Source: Ancylonema sp.
Taxonomy: Eukaryota
NCBI GenBank assembly: GCA_050230475.1
Contig: JBFLGF010000001.1
Location: forward strand, 248,001 to 288,390
Reading direction: 5' to 3'
DNA length: 40,390 nucleotides
Positions 1 to 11,450 of this stretch are shown here, piece by piece. The translations under genes were made by a program, and so were the position numbers. The notes beneath the pieces were generated by a model, which had not been told where the DNA came from, made no database searches, and was given only the letters and a program-made list of their open reading frames with translations. Numbering within the stretch: position 1 is the stretch's first letter; every line of letters begins with the position of its first letter.

Positions 1-144
1 TGCACTCTCCGAGTTGACCATTATTACCAAAACCAAAACATCCTTTCCGGCTTCGGCCACCATTGCCATTCCGGCCTTTCGCCATCATAGCTATTGTGCA
101 TTGCAATTATCTTGCTAGGGACGTCTTTGCATCCGCCCCTAACA
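1..144 (+). repeat. 3' end (R/U5) of a chromovirus LTR related to G1, inserted into Copia-A gag
   Basis: Ends TTGCTAGGGACGTCTTTGCATCCGCCCCTAACA, almost identical to the G1 LTR ends at 10313 and 15403. It is followed directly by copia gag sequence rather than a PBS, so it is a 3' or solo LTR. Confidence 0.85.
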
Positions 145-2719
145 GAGGTGGTCAAGGAGGACGAGGTGGCAGCAGTGGATCTAGTCGAGGTCATTCATGC
201 TACACATGTGGAGAAACAGGCCATTACAATCGAGACTGCACGAAAAAAGATGCAGAGTGCAAGTACTCTGGAGCGATCGGTCATGTTGAGTTTACCTGCT
301 TCGACAAAAAGAATGAAGCTCCACGCATGCAGAGAAAGGGAGTGCCATAGGGAGGTCTGCATTTGTAAGTGAAGCTGAGACGGAAGAAGATGACTGCTGC
401 GGGTATGGTGAAGCTGTCGTTGCTAAAATTTGCGAGGGAAATGTAGCAGATCATGATGATGCATAAAAAGATTTTCTCTTTGACGATGGCTCCAATCATC
501 AATCAAGTGGACAAAAAATCCATTTCAAGACTCTCGAAGACATTCCACATGAGGTTATTATGCATCACCTTGTCGGCACTGTTCGTGTCAAGCAATGGGG
601 AGCAGTCGAGCTCGATACAGATAGAGAATGTGGCGGAGTGACTCTTCAGAAATGTTTGTACATCCCTGGCACGAGAGTAAATCTGTTTAGTGGGCAAAAA
701 GCAAGGGAAGTAGGCTGGCCGTATACCTGTAGTGGAAAGACCGGGGGCATAAGTCCTGTCTTCAACAAATTTGGGAAGCAGGTCTGCACGCTACAGGAAA
801 CATCGACATGTCGAAAAATTCTGATCTGCACTCCAATTCGACATCAAAAATGCATTGAGGGGGAGGTTGTTGTAGCTGCCATCGACATCAATCGACTCCA
901 CACTAGGCTAGGGCATGCGAACGAGAGGGTGTTGAAAAATATGTTTCGAGATGAACTTGTGAGAGAACTTGAGGGAGGAATTTGAGGGGTCATGACAAAT
1001 TGTGAAGGCTGCAAGCTGGGTAAAGCTCATGAAAAATCTCATCCACGTCGAGAAGCACGTGCACGAGAGCAAGTGTGTCTTGGAAGAGTGTCGGTGGATC
1101 TGGCAAGGCCATTCAAACCTGCATCGATTAGGGGCGGAAACTTCAGCATCGTGATCGTCGATGAGTTCAACATAAAATCATGGGTAGAAATTTTGCGACA
1201 CAAAGATGATGCAGGCCCTCGTCTCAAGCAGTGGATTGCAATTCAGGAGAGAGTCTAGGAAGTGAGTGAAAAATCTGAGGTCTGATCGAGGTGGAGAATT
1301 CATCGATGGTGACTTCAAAAAATGGCTAAGAGGCTGAGGGGTCAAACATGAGACAACGCCACCAAACACACCTCGAAGGAATGCCATCACAAAAAGGATG
1401 AATCGAACTCTCCAAGATAGAGCACGATCGATGTTGCAACACATGCAAGTGCCTCCTGGACTCTGGGCCGAAGCAATCTCCTTCGTTTCTTACCTTCGAA
1501 ATCGCTGCCAAGTCAACGGTCTCTCCAAAACACCTGAGGAGCTCTGGTCAGGAGTTGTTCCAATAATTGACCATCACCGTTCGTTTGGCTGCAAAGTATA
1601 CGTTAGACTTGTGAAGCAAGAAAGAGAAGGGGAAATGGGAGCTCTGGCGTGGATGGGAGTGCTGGTCGGGTGGAACTCCGACAGTCCATGCCATCGAGTC
1701 TAAGACCCTGTGTCAAACAAAGTTCACAATGTTGGAGCTACACATGCAGATTTTGATGAGGATGTGAAAATTGGCTAATGGCGTGGCCAAAATGTTGGGA
1801 AGAAAGGAAAACTGCATGATATCCAAGAAGTTGCAAACATGATATGGCCGGATCTGCAAGAGGGTAGCTAAAGAGTGGGAGGGGGCAATTCTCGAAGTGG
1901 GCAACGGGTACAAGAAAATTTGAATTCCGTCGATGAACAGATCCCCGATGCTGTGGGAAATCCCTTGCTTCAGCTTTTGGGAGTTGTTTCTCCTCAGAAA
2001 TCAAGAACTTCCAGAACTTGTCAGCAACTCGAGTGGGAGTGATGATGATCACGATGTCTAGGAAGATGGACCTGAGTGGTACCCCGACGATGCTACTCCA
2101 ACAAATCCTTTTGGACCTGGTGATGATGATACCGATGATGAGTTCTCAGATCATCCTTCTTTTCCTCGACGATCTTCCAAGCCAAACGGAGGTGCTCCTC
2201 CAAACAGATTCGCTGAAGCGTTTGTTGCCAACTTGGAAACAGGAGTGAAAACTCCAACATCTGTGAGAGAGGCATTCGAAAGTCCAAAGGGAGTTCACTA
2301 GGAAGTAGCTAAGGCAGCAAAAATGGGACGCTTGCAAGAAAATCAAGTCTATCGATTGGTTCCTAGGCCAAAAGGAAAGAAAGTTGTCAAGTCAAAATGG
2401 GTTTTCAAGGTCAAAATGAATGCAGATGGAACTCTTGAGAGGTACAAAGGCAAGGTAGTTGCAAAGGGTTTTGGTCAAGTTGAGGGAGATGGTTATGATC
2501 AAACATTCTCACTGACACTTCGTTTTGAAAGCATCAGACAACTTGTAACAATCGGGGCTTCAAAGGGGATGCACATGCACCAAATGGACGTCACCACAGC
2601 TTTTCTGTATGCACCACTAGAGGAGGAGGTGTACATGGAGGCCCCAGATGGCACGTGTGGTCCTGGAGAGGAGGATCTGGTGTGGCTGCTGCTTAGATGT
2701 ATGTATGGCCTGAAACAGG
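145..2719 (+). mobile_element. Ty1/copia element Copia-A, left part (gag zinc knuckle, protease, GAG-pre-integrase, integrase, RT N-terminal half); degenerate
   Basis: CYTCGETGHYNRDC knuckle; LHTRLGHANE...CEGCKLGK; integrase MNRTLQDRARSML...LWAEA; RT KWVFKVK...HQMDVTTAFLYA...MYGLKQ. Domain order is PR-IN-RT, with many stops and frameshifts. Confidence 0.95.
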
Positions 2720-3171
2720 TGACGTGCGGTTTGGATTCGGTCGCCCGGAATGTTGTACTCTACACTTTGCCATGATGTTTCTCAAATGTTTCTCATAATG
2801 ATGCATGTGGTAATGCTCTCGGTGGTTTAGCTATGTTGTTGACCGCGCCAATATCGACGATTGTATATCACCTAATGTCACATCCATGTATTGTGGTGCT
2901 CTCACTTAGTAGTATTGCAGATTGAGTCTCTTCTGAGATATCAATATTATATCTATCACACGTCTCAACGGTCTGGTGAAATTCACTACTTAACGCTGAG
3001 GGCTAGCTACCAAATGGTTTACAATATAAAATGTAAGGAAAATACTATAAAGCAAACAACATAGTCTGGTGCAGACTATCAAGGTTAAGAACCGTAAGAG
3101 TTACTTTCGGTGCGAAAGTAAAGTATCGACGGCGCGTCGATGAAATATGTTGGCTCAGAAAGAGCGTCAGC

Positions 3172-3627
3172 TGTTAGAATATTTTGGATAGCCATATGTT
3201 ATGCTTGCTAGTCCAGTTGTAACCGGTTACTCTAACCGGGAGCAATATTCCTAGATGTGCCTATATGCGGGGCCGGGCAAGTTTGTGCGCGTGCACCTGA
3301 CATGTTTGCGACGCTTAGAGACGTTATTTGTTTGACGCGTCGTGATTGGCTTGTTTAGTCGTGTCAGAAATGTCCGGCATGTGCCGTTGACATGTAGAAG
3401 AGCTGTCAGTCAATGATAGGCCGACGGTCAATTGTGCCGACCGTCGGCACACAACAATCTGTAAAGCGCATCGGGTATTACCATCCCCGATGCAATCACA
3501 ATAATAATTCGGTCCACACACGCAACTCCTCTCTCGTTGATCATCAGTGATAGAGATCCTTTTGCGTACGGTTCGTTTTGTCGCCCACCTAATTATTCCG
3601 GCACGTCTAATCACTCAAAAGCTTCTA
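3172..3627 (+). repeat. Copia-B 5' LTR
   Basis: TGTTAGAATATTTTGGATAGCC...CACTCAAAAGCTTCTA; direct repeat of 9430-9835. Confidence 0.9.
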
Positions 3628-3641
3628 GGATATGGGCCCAC
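3628..3641 (+). promoter_or_regulatory. Copia-B primer binding site, half-tRNA-iMet type
   Basis: GGATATGGGCCCAC abuts the LTR and resembles the GGTTATGGGCCCAG PBS of Drosophila copia-type elements, which prime from a cleaved initiator tRNA. Confidence 0.75.
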
Positions 3642-4099
3642 GTGCGGTCTAGTTCAGACGCCGTGTTGGTTAAAAACTAAAGGCTCCACGCGATTTCGCT
3701 GCGGTAATCTCTGTGAACGGTATATCTGCCAGTGAGCGCAAATATATTCGTAAGTTGTTAAGGGCTGCACGTAATTTTGATATTGCGCTGCAAGTTTTTG
3801 AGCTGAGTGCTGCAGTGCAGGAATTGCACTGAGAACTCGAGCTGTAGCGAGAAATTTTTTTGTAAAAAAGTCCTACACAATAGCTGCCATAAGGTCGGAT
3901 AGGACGCAAATCCCTCAATTTACTGGAGCTGATTATACAGGATGGGCCTTCAAGGTCAAGTATGGGCTGGCGGACGGATAAGAAACTGCACCGTACCGTT
4001 TGGTGATGGATTGGGACAGTTTGCCGCGAAAGCGAAAGTGTCGCGCAGACGTGATCCTTCCATTGTCACCTGATAACGAGCTGCAATTAGCCGCCAGGG

Positions 4100-7000
4100 G
4101 GGGATCGACGTGGATGTCGAAGTGTGTGTGCGACAACAGCAGATTTCCCAGCAGGGCTGCTGGAGCTGGAGAAATGGGACGAGGATAAATAATCTGGCTG
4201 CTATTATATTGTGAAGCACCTGGGGCCATCGGAGCTGACGCACGTCACTGACTGCACGACAGCTGCCGGCATGTGGGATGCTCTGCGGACATTCTACCAG
4301 GTGCAGGGTGCGATCGAGATCGCAAATACAGAGGCATTGCTGAGCGCTATCATTCAGACGGAGGCAGAGGACCTCAACGTGTACGTGAAGCGTCTGCAGC
4401 AGCTGCACCAGGACCTGAAGAATCTGGGGGCGCCAGTATCTCCGACGAAGCAGGCGATTAACCTGCTGAACACGCATTACAGTCCGATGGTTTCAACGCT
4501 GATGCCATGGTCGGAGTCGTCGCCACACCTCTTCACGATTCCACACATGTTTTAGGACCCTAGTGCGCTGCTGCGCGACGACGTGAGGAAGGAGCTGAAT
4601 GAGCGTAAGAGGGGGGCGCTGCCAGGAGGTCACCAAGCGCATGAGGGTGGACCTGGGGGGGGAAACGGAGCTGGAGGTAGCAGCAGATCTGGTGGTGCGA
4701 CTGGAGCTGGTCGCAGAGACGGTGCAGGCGTCGAATGCTTCGGCTGCCACAAATTCGGCCACATCAGAGCGAACTGCCTCACCAGCATCTGGCCGAGGCC
4801 ATGCGGGGCCATGGAAATGTCACACGTGCCACCAGGCAGGCCACCGAGCTGCTCATGCCCTGCGCCATCACCAGCAGCTGGAAATGTTGCGCACGCTACT
4901 CAGGGAAGTTCAGGGGGGAGGCAGAAGTGCAGATATTTTGTAGGGCATTGCAACATTGTCGGTCACACAATTGAAAATTGCAGAAAAAGAACATCTGACA
5001 TGGCTTTAATGAACCCAGAGGCTGCTAGGAGGGCTGATGCACAAGCGAGACTTGCTCGCTTTGCTGACAAACCCGTCAACGCTAATGTGGATTATTTAGC
5101 TTTTGGTGCTTTCTCGTTCAATGTTGCCCGGGCACTGTCTGCTGGTCCTCACTCAGACTCCTCAGGTGCTACATACCACATTTTCACGGCACGTGAACAT
5201 TTTGTGGAGTACACACCTACCCTGAGCACGCAGCAGGCCTTCATCACCACTGCTGACGGCTCGTCACACAAGGAGGGCACTGGTTTCGTGCACATCCGAG
5301 TGAGGAATGGCGACGCTTTCTTTGTGCAGCCACTCAGCTCGATCCACGTCCCAACCTTTGCCTGCACCCTCGTGTCGACATCGTGCCTCGTCAGAAGAGG
5401 TGGGCTGAGCTTTCTACAGCTGCCCACGGGTCCAGAATTAAACAAGGGAAATGTGAAATGGGCTGATGTGGACTGCAGCTGCCTAGTGGTCTGACTTTGC
5501 TTGCTGCCACAATCGTTATGCCTGGATCTCATGATACTCCAGCGAATTTGTCCACAGGCATGGTCTGGCATCACAAATTGGGTCACCCCAGTTCTGATGT
5601 GATGTCAGATTTCGCCAGACGTGGGGACATCCCAGAGTTAAGTCAGGGGGAATTAACTGAAGTAAAGGGATGTCAGGTTTGCTGTCAGGGGAAGATGACT
5701 CAGCTCAGTCATGCTAAGGTCAGTGCGGATCTGGGAACATGCCCCAAGATGGGTCGCATCCACCTGGATCTCATTGGACCACTGTCTGTCAGGTCAGCTA
5801 ACGGAGGGTATACATATGCTCAGACAGGGATAGAGGTATCCACACGTCTGTCATTTGTGAGCTTGGTGAAAAACAAAGGATGAAGCACTGAACCGAGCAA
5901 GAGTCACTATACAATTGCTCGAGGTCTAGTCAGGTCGCCCCTACAGTCTATTCGGACAGATAAGGGAGGGGAGTATATGTCTCAGGACTGGATAAACTAC
6001 TGTGGGGGGAAGGGTATTGATAAGCAAACCACAGAAGCATATAGTCCTGAACAAAACGGAATCTGTGAAAGACTGAATAGAACATTGACAGAAAAAATGC
6101 GATGCATATTAATCTGGTCAGGTCTACCGAAGTCGTATTGGGACGTGGCATTGTTACATGCAAACTGGTTGAGGAATAGAACACCCACTAAGTCGCTTTC
6201 TGGGAAAATTCCAATTGAGGTCTGGGAGGGGAAGAGAATGACAGTTACTAAAAGTCATAATTTCGGGTGTCTGGTCCAATATTTGAAGGTTGGGGGGGAA
6301 AAGAACAGTCAAGGGGACAAGTTTGCCCCTCGTACTTGCTTTGGTGTGTTTCTGGGGATGGCTGCGGGGAGTGCAGGCTACAATGTTTTCGATCCCCATA
6401 GAGCTGGGGTGATATCACGCATGGACGTGAGGTTCTTTGAGGAGGTGCCGGGGTACCCGAAGCTGATGGGGGGGAGAGCTCCCCAGATTCAGGAGGCAGC
6501 AGAAAAACACATTTTCTACCTTTTCCCCGACCCTGAAGATGAACCAGCTGCAGCAGTTGTGCCAGCAGAAGCAGTCCACCCCAACATGCCAGCAGCAGCA
6601 GTCCACCCCAACATGCCAGCAGCAGCAGTTCTGCAACCGATGCCAGCAGTTCTGCAGCCAATCCCAGCACCAGCAGAAGCAGCAGTCCCTGAGCCAGCAG
6701 CTGCCATCGACTATCCGCACGACAACTTCCAGCCACAAGCTGCTGAGGTCCCTAACGCCACGATTGTGCTGTCTGACAGCCAATCGGATCAACAACGCAG
6801 GACGTGGAGATGCAGGGGAGGAGGAGGTGCAAGGAGGGGGTGCGAACCCAGAAGTGGGGGAGCCTGGCAGCGTAGCTGATCGGGTGATGGCTAGAAGGCG
6901 AGCCAACTTTGCGGAGTATGGGGACCTCATGTGATGGGATGGGGAGGAGTTCGATGACGCAGCTCACGCCAACTACTCAGCGACTGAGTGGGAGCCCAGC

Positions 7001-8640
7001 AGTTTCTACACTACTGGCTTCAACGGTCCTGTGGATCCGGGCTACGCATGCGTAGCATCTAACAGCAACTCCTCCGAGCCACTCACACTCAACCATGCGA
7101 TGGTGAGGCCAGACTGGGACCAGTGGGACAGGGCCATTGTGGAGGAGTTAGCAGCCCTGGAGACGTTCAACACCTTTGAGGTGTGTGTGCTTCCTCCAGG
7201 TAAAAAGGCTGTGGGTGCAGATATGTTTTTAAGGTCAAAACAACACCACAGGGGGATATTGAAAGATATAAAGTCAGACGTGGTCGCACAGGGGTTCTTA
7301 CAACAAGAGGGTATTGATTATAATGAAGTATTTGCACCAGTAATCGACAGTACATCTATCACCCTACTCCTCTCTATAGCAAACCAATATGACTGGGAAC
7401 TGGAACAGATGGACGTAATCACAGCGTTCCTGCATGGACGTCTGGAGGAGGAAGAAGTTTACATGAAAATACCACCACGTATGTATATCAATGGGGGTGC
7501 TGAGGGAAAGGTCTTACGACTGAAGGGAGCTTTATACGGTCTAAAGCAGAGTAGCCACGTATGGCAGGAAATGTTCAGACAATTGATGATATCTGAAGGG
7601 TTTAAACAGTGCGTAATGGACACATGTATATATATGAGGGGTGAAGAAGACAGCAGAATCATACTGGGAATACATGTAGATGATCAGGTGATCACAGGTC
7701 CTAACGCAATGGTCGTCAAAACTTTTAAAGAAGATATGGGTTTAAAGAAGATATGGGTAAAAAGTTAAGTTAAGGATCTGGGTTCCCTAACCCATATCCT
7801 GGGGGTGGAAGTGAAGAGGGATAGACAGAGAAGACTCTGCTCACACTGGGACACAGGTCAGGTTTCTTAAGGGGAGTGCTTGAACGCTATGGGATGCATG
7901 AGTGAATCCAACCAAAACTTCCCACTCGCCCCTGGAACTCAATTCACACAGAATTGATGAACCAACTCTTCCCCCTACCCCTGAAGAAATAACAGACTTT
8001 CGTGAGGGAAAGTGGGATCACTCATATATGCCATGAAACAAACCAGACTGGACATCGGGTATGCACTTGGGGTACTCCAGGCAAAACACATGGGAAATCC
8101 TGGGGTGGCACACATAAGGGCTCTACATCAACCTATTCAGATACTTGAAAGGGACTGTCAACCACGGACTGACGTTTGTGGGAAAGGACATATGTGAAGT
8201 AAAGGGTTACTGCGATGCATCATGGAACAGTTGTAGCATGACAGGGAAGTCAGACAGGATGGGTAACCACTTGGGGGGACAGCACTGAGTTGGAAGTCAC
8301 AGAAACAGTCAACGTTGCACAGAGCACTGCTGAGGCTGAGTCTATTGCTGCCTGTAGTGTGTCTAAAGAATGCTGTTATCTAAAGTCTCTCTTGAAAGAA
8401 CTCTCAAATCCACACCAAATCACAATCCACACTGATTCAACCTCAGCTCTCTCCATGATCCAGCAGAATCCTGTGCAAAGACAGAAAGAGCAAAACATTT
8501 TAATGTGGTATATCACTGGGTACGGGGAATGCCACAGCACGGGGAGACTAAAAATATGTGTATCTTGCAGGCGCAAATCCAACCAGCAGATATGCTAACT
8601 CTAAAGCTCTACCCCAAGTTTTACTGGACCAGACACAGCA
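4100..8640 (+). pseudogene. Copia-B gag-pol polyprotein, frameshifted (ends approximate)
   Basis: TAAGMWDALRTFY (gag); CFGCHKFGHIRANC; DSSGATYHI (protease); WHHKLGHP; YSPEQNGICERLNRTL (integrase); QMDVITAFLHG, LYGLKQS and HVDD (RT); STAEAE and IHTDS (RNase H). Confidence 0.92.
6546..6705 (+). repeat. In-frame degenerate tandem repeats in the Copia-B IN-RT linker (AVHPNMPAA x2, AVLQP x2)
   Basis: GCAGTCCACCCCAACATGCCAGCAGCA occurs twice in tandem at 6571-6624, embedded in CCAGCAGCA-rich units. Confidence 0.8.
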
Positions 8641-9429
8641 AAAGTCTAGGTTTTGGACGGTGATACTGAACTGGGGGTGTCAGTACTTTTCTTTTATTTT
8701 TATGATCGAAGGTTTCGAATGCCATGCATGTTGGCAGTGGGTGTGTTGTTATGTTTCTTTTCAGGCAGAAGTAATGGGGAGGGTACACCAACTTCAGCTC
8801 ATCCAGCTAAGTTCACACATTTTTTCACCCAACCTTAATACCTTGAAAAGGCACTTGAAAACGCTTAAGGACACTTTTAAATCAGAAAGTGTGAATCTGC
8901 TCAACCTTAACCTTTAAACTTGTCAGTTTGTTCTGAATTTTCGTATGTATGTGTATGTCCTAATCATCGTTGCAAAACTTGTGTCAAAAGTTGGTGCCGA
9001 TAGGACTTGTAATTTTGAATTTGAAGTTAGGCTGTTTTGAGATTTTTCTGACTGGAAAGTAAAGTGTGAAGTTTTCAGAATCGTGAAGTTGAAAAAGTTA
9101 AGAAATCAAAAATATTTTCATAAGTTTTTTTGTTTTTCGTTTCGCCTCGCCTAACTTGTGGCATTTGTTTGTATGTGCAGGGCTTCGGCCCGAAAAACGA
9201 CCGACTAAGGATCTGGAGCGATCGACTTCTGGAGTTCCGATCGGCTTCCGATCGTCTTCCGCTTCCGAACGGCTGCATTTATCGATAGACTCCCCTAGCA
9301 CGCTTGTATGCTAGGGAAGACCAAAATTGTTTTATATGTTATGTGATGGTTCCTGCCATGTTTTGGCAAAGACTTGGGTACTCCTTTTGATGTCTGCATC
9401 TATTCTATGCCAACTTTAATCCGAGGGTG

Positions 9430-9835
9430 TGTTAGAATATTGGATAGCCATATGTTATGCGTGCTAGTCCAGTTGTGACCGGTTACTCTAACCGGGAGCA
9501 ATATTCTAGATGTGCCGGCGTGCCCGGGCACCTGACATGTTTCCGACGCTTAGTTTCGAAGCGTCGGCTAGTTTTCGTGTCAGAAATGTCCGGCATGTGC
9601 CTTGACATGTAGAAGAGCTGTCAGTCAATGTAGGCCGACGGTCAATTGTGCCGACCGTCGGCACGCAACAATCTGTAAGCGCATCGGGTTTACCATCCCG
9701 ATGCAATCACAATAATAATTCGTTCCACACACGCAACTCCGTCTCGTTGATCATCAGTGAAGAGATCCTTTTGCGTACGGTTCGTTTTGTCGCCCACCTA
9801 TTATTCCGGCAAGTCTAATCACTCAAAAGCTTATA
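9430..9835 (+). repeat. Copia-B 3' LTR
   Basis: TGTTAGAATATTGGATAGCC...CACTCAAAAGCTTATA, followed by GTCAGC. Confidence 0.9.
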
Positions 9836-9853
9836 GTCAGCAGACAGGTGTAC

Positions 9854-10313
9854 TGTTAGGACCCTCGCTACAGTCACTAGGGCTCCTTAGCGAGGTCACC
9901 ACACTTAGCGCTAGAGCGCTACTAGCTCAATTTTCCCTATAGCGAGTTATGTCCCTATAGAGTGGGAGTTGTGTCCCTAACGGCCGCCTGGCCCCTAGGG
10001 AGTATTCTGGTGTGTCCTTAGCTAAGGCAGTTGTGCCGTTAGCCAGACTTGATGTGTCCTTATCATATTCAGAGTGAGTTATCCCACTTGTAGTCGTGAT
10101 TCAGACTTGAGCTAGTTCCCATATATAGTCCATAGGAATGCCTTTAGAGCATTCCTATCAACTCATGTACTTGCACCCCGATTATATCAACACCATTTTC
10201 ACTCGGCTCACGCCATCTCATCCTATCCGGGTCATTTCGCCATCTTTCCGCCGCTTGTGTGTGCATATTGCAAACTCGCTTGCTAGGGACGCCTTTTGCA
10301 TCCGCCCCTAACA
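9854..10313 (+). repeat. G1 5' LTR
   Basis: TGTTAGGACCCTCGCTACAG...CCGCCCCTAACA; TATATA at 10122-10127. Confidence 0.95.
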
Positions 10314-10315
10314 CT

Positions 10316-10328
10316 TTGATATAGGAAT
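10316..10328 (+). promoter_or_regulatory. G1 putative self-priming PBS
   Basis: TTGATATAGGAAT is complementary, with a 2-nt bulge, to ATTCCTATCAA at 10151-10161, about 29 nt after the TATA box. There is no TGG tRNA-type PBS. Confidence 0.7.
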
Positions 10329-10406
10329 TTGTCCGGCAGTTTTTAGAGTATTCTGAACCTGCACTTCATTTAGCCGCCTTCTTTTTCATCTTACATCAAT
10401 CTCACC

Positions 10407-11421
10407 ATGTCTTCTCCTAGTTTAGATGAAGTCATGGCAGTTTTACGCCAGATGCAGAATTCTCAAGATGAAAAATTCAGAATTTTGGCTGATGAGAATA
10501 GGGACATTAAAAGAAAATTTACGGAACTTTGAGAACAATTTGCTTATGAGACTAACTACATGGCTTCTACAATTGATCCAGCCGCTCCAAAATCTCAGCC
10601 TCTCCCTACTCTCCAGGACCTGGTTCCATCTCACCCTCCTAAGTTTGATGGTACCTCAAAGCATGTCACTACATTCTCTAATCAGGTCCGTTCTATGCTC
10701 AGGCTGGCCCCTAAGCGGTTCAGCGATCCTGTTCAAACAGTCCACTACGTGGCCAATCTACTTACTGGACCTGCCTACGAGTGGTTTCCTAACTACCTCG
10801 ACGACAACGGGGACCTCCCGGACGGGTTTGGGGCAGCTCGGCTATTGAAAGATCTCCAAGACTGCTTCGGGGAGGGCGACACCCGCCTCACCAAAGAAAG
10901 ACATCTGCGCGAGCTCAGACAAACGTGTTCAGTGTCACATTTTACCGTCCAGTTCGGGGCAATTGTTAAGACCTTCCCCCCCTGGCCTGACCACCCAAGC
11001 ATCTACACATTCTTTGAGAAGCTCATGCCTGAGCTCCGTCGAGAGATACTCAAGGTGCAGGACCCTCCTCAGACCTTCTCTGACTACGTTACCTTTGTCA
11101 AGAAGGTGGAGAACAGCATGGCTGCCAGTAGTCTGAACCGACCCTCCAAACTTGCGTACATCCCCCCCCAGGCCTCAGTCTCCCCACCAGGTCCCCTCTC
11201 ACCTGCAGATCGTCCCTATGGACATCGATGGAACCCGTCGCAAGGTCCTGAAAGTAAAACCAGCTGGGAACCAGGAGATGGCTCGCCGCGTGGCTGGTAA
11301 CTTGTGCCACTACTGCGGCCTGCCAGGTCATGACACCAGGACTTGTCCCAACAAGGGCAAGCCACGCACCGTGCGCTTCTTGGAACTGCAGCCAAAAAAC
11401 GACCACCCCACACAGTCCTAG
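10407..11421 (+). pseudogene. G1 gag (frameshifted)
   Basis: ATG 10407; PPKFDG...LTGPAYEW...LRQTCSVSHF; knuckle CHYCGLPGHDTRTC; TAG at 11419-11421. Confidence 0.9.
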
Positions 11422-11450
11422 GAGGGGTCTGTGCGGGTCCCCTTTCCCTA
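11394..11450 (+). promoter_or_regulatory. G1 -1 ribosomal frameshift signal
   Basis: A_AAA_AAC lies in the gag frame (11394-11400) and pol is open in the -1 frame; downstream stem CCCACACAG/CTGTGCGGG. Confidence 0.8.

Larger units (their letters stand above)
3172..9835 (+). mobile_element. Ty1/copia element Copia-B, full length, degenerate
   Basis: Two similar LTRs (3172-3627 and 9430-9835), GTCAGC duplicated on both flanks, a PBS, and gag-PR-IN-RT-RNase H remnants. Confidence 0.93.

Noticed and set aside
3956..4477. Antisense ORFs over TE coding regions (also 13828-14268 and 31403-32101)
   Set aside because: Codon-bias shadows of gag/pol with no independent evidence.
8650..9429. env-like or extra ORF in the long Copia-B 3' region
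   Set aside because: Only short ORFs without recognisable motifs; treated as UTR.
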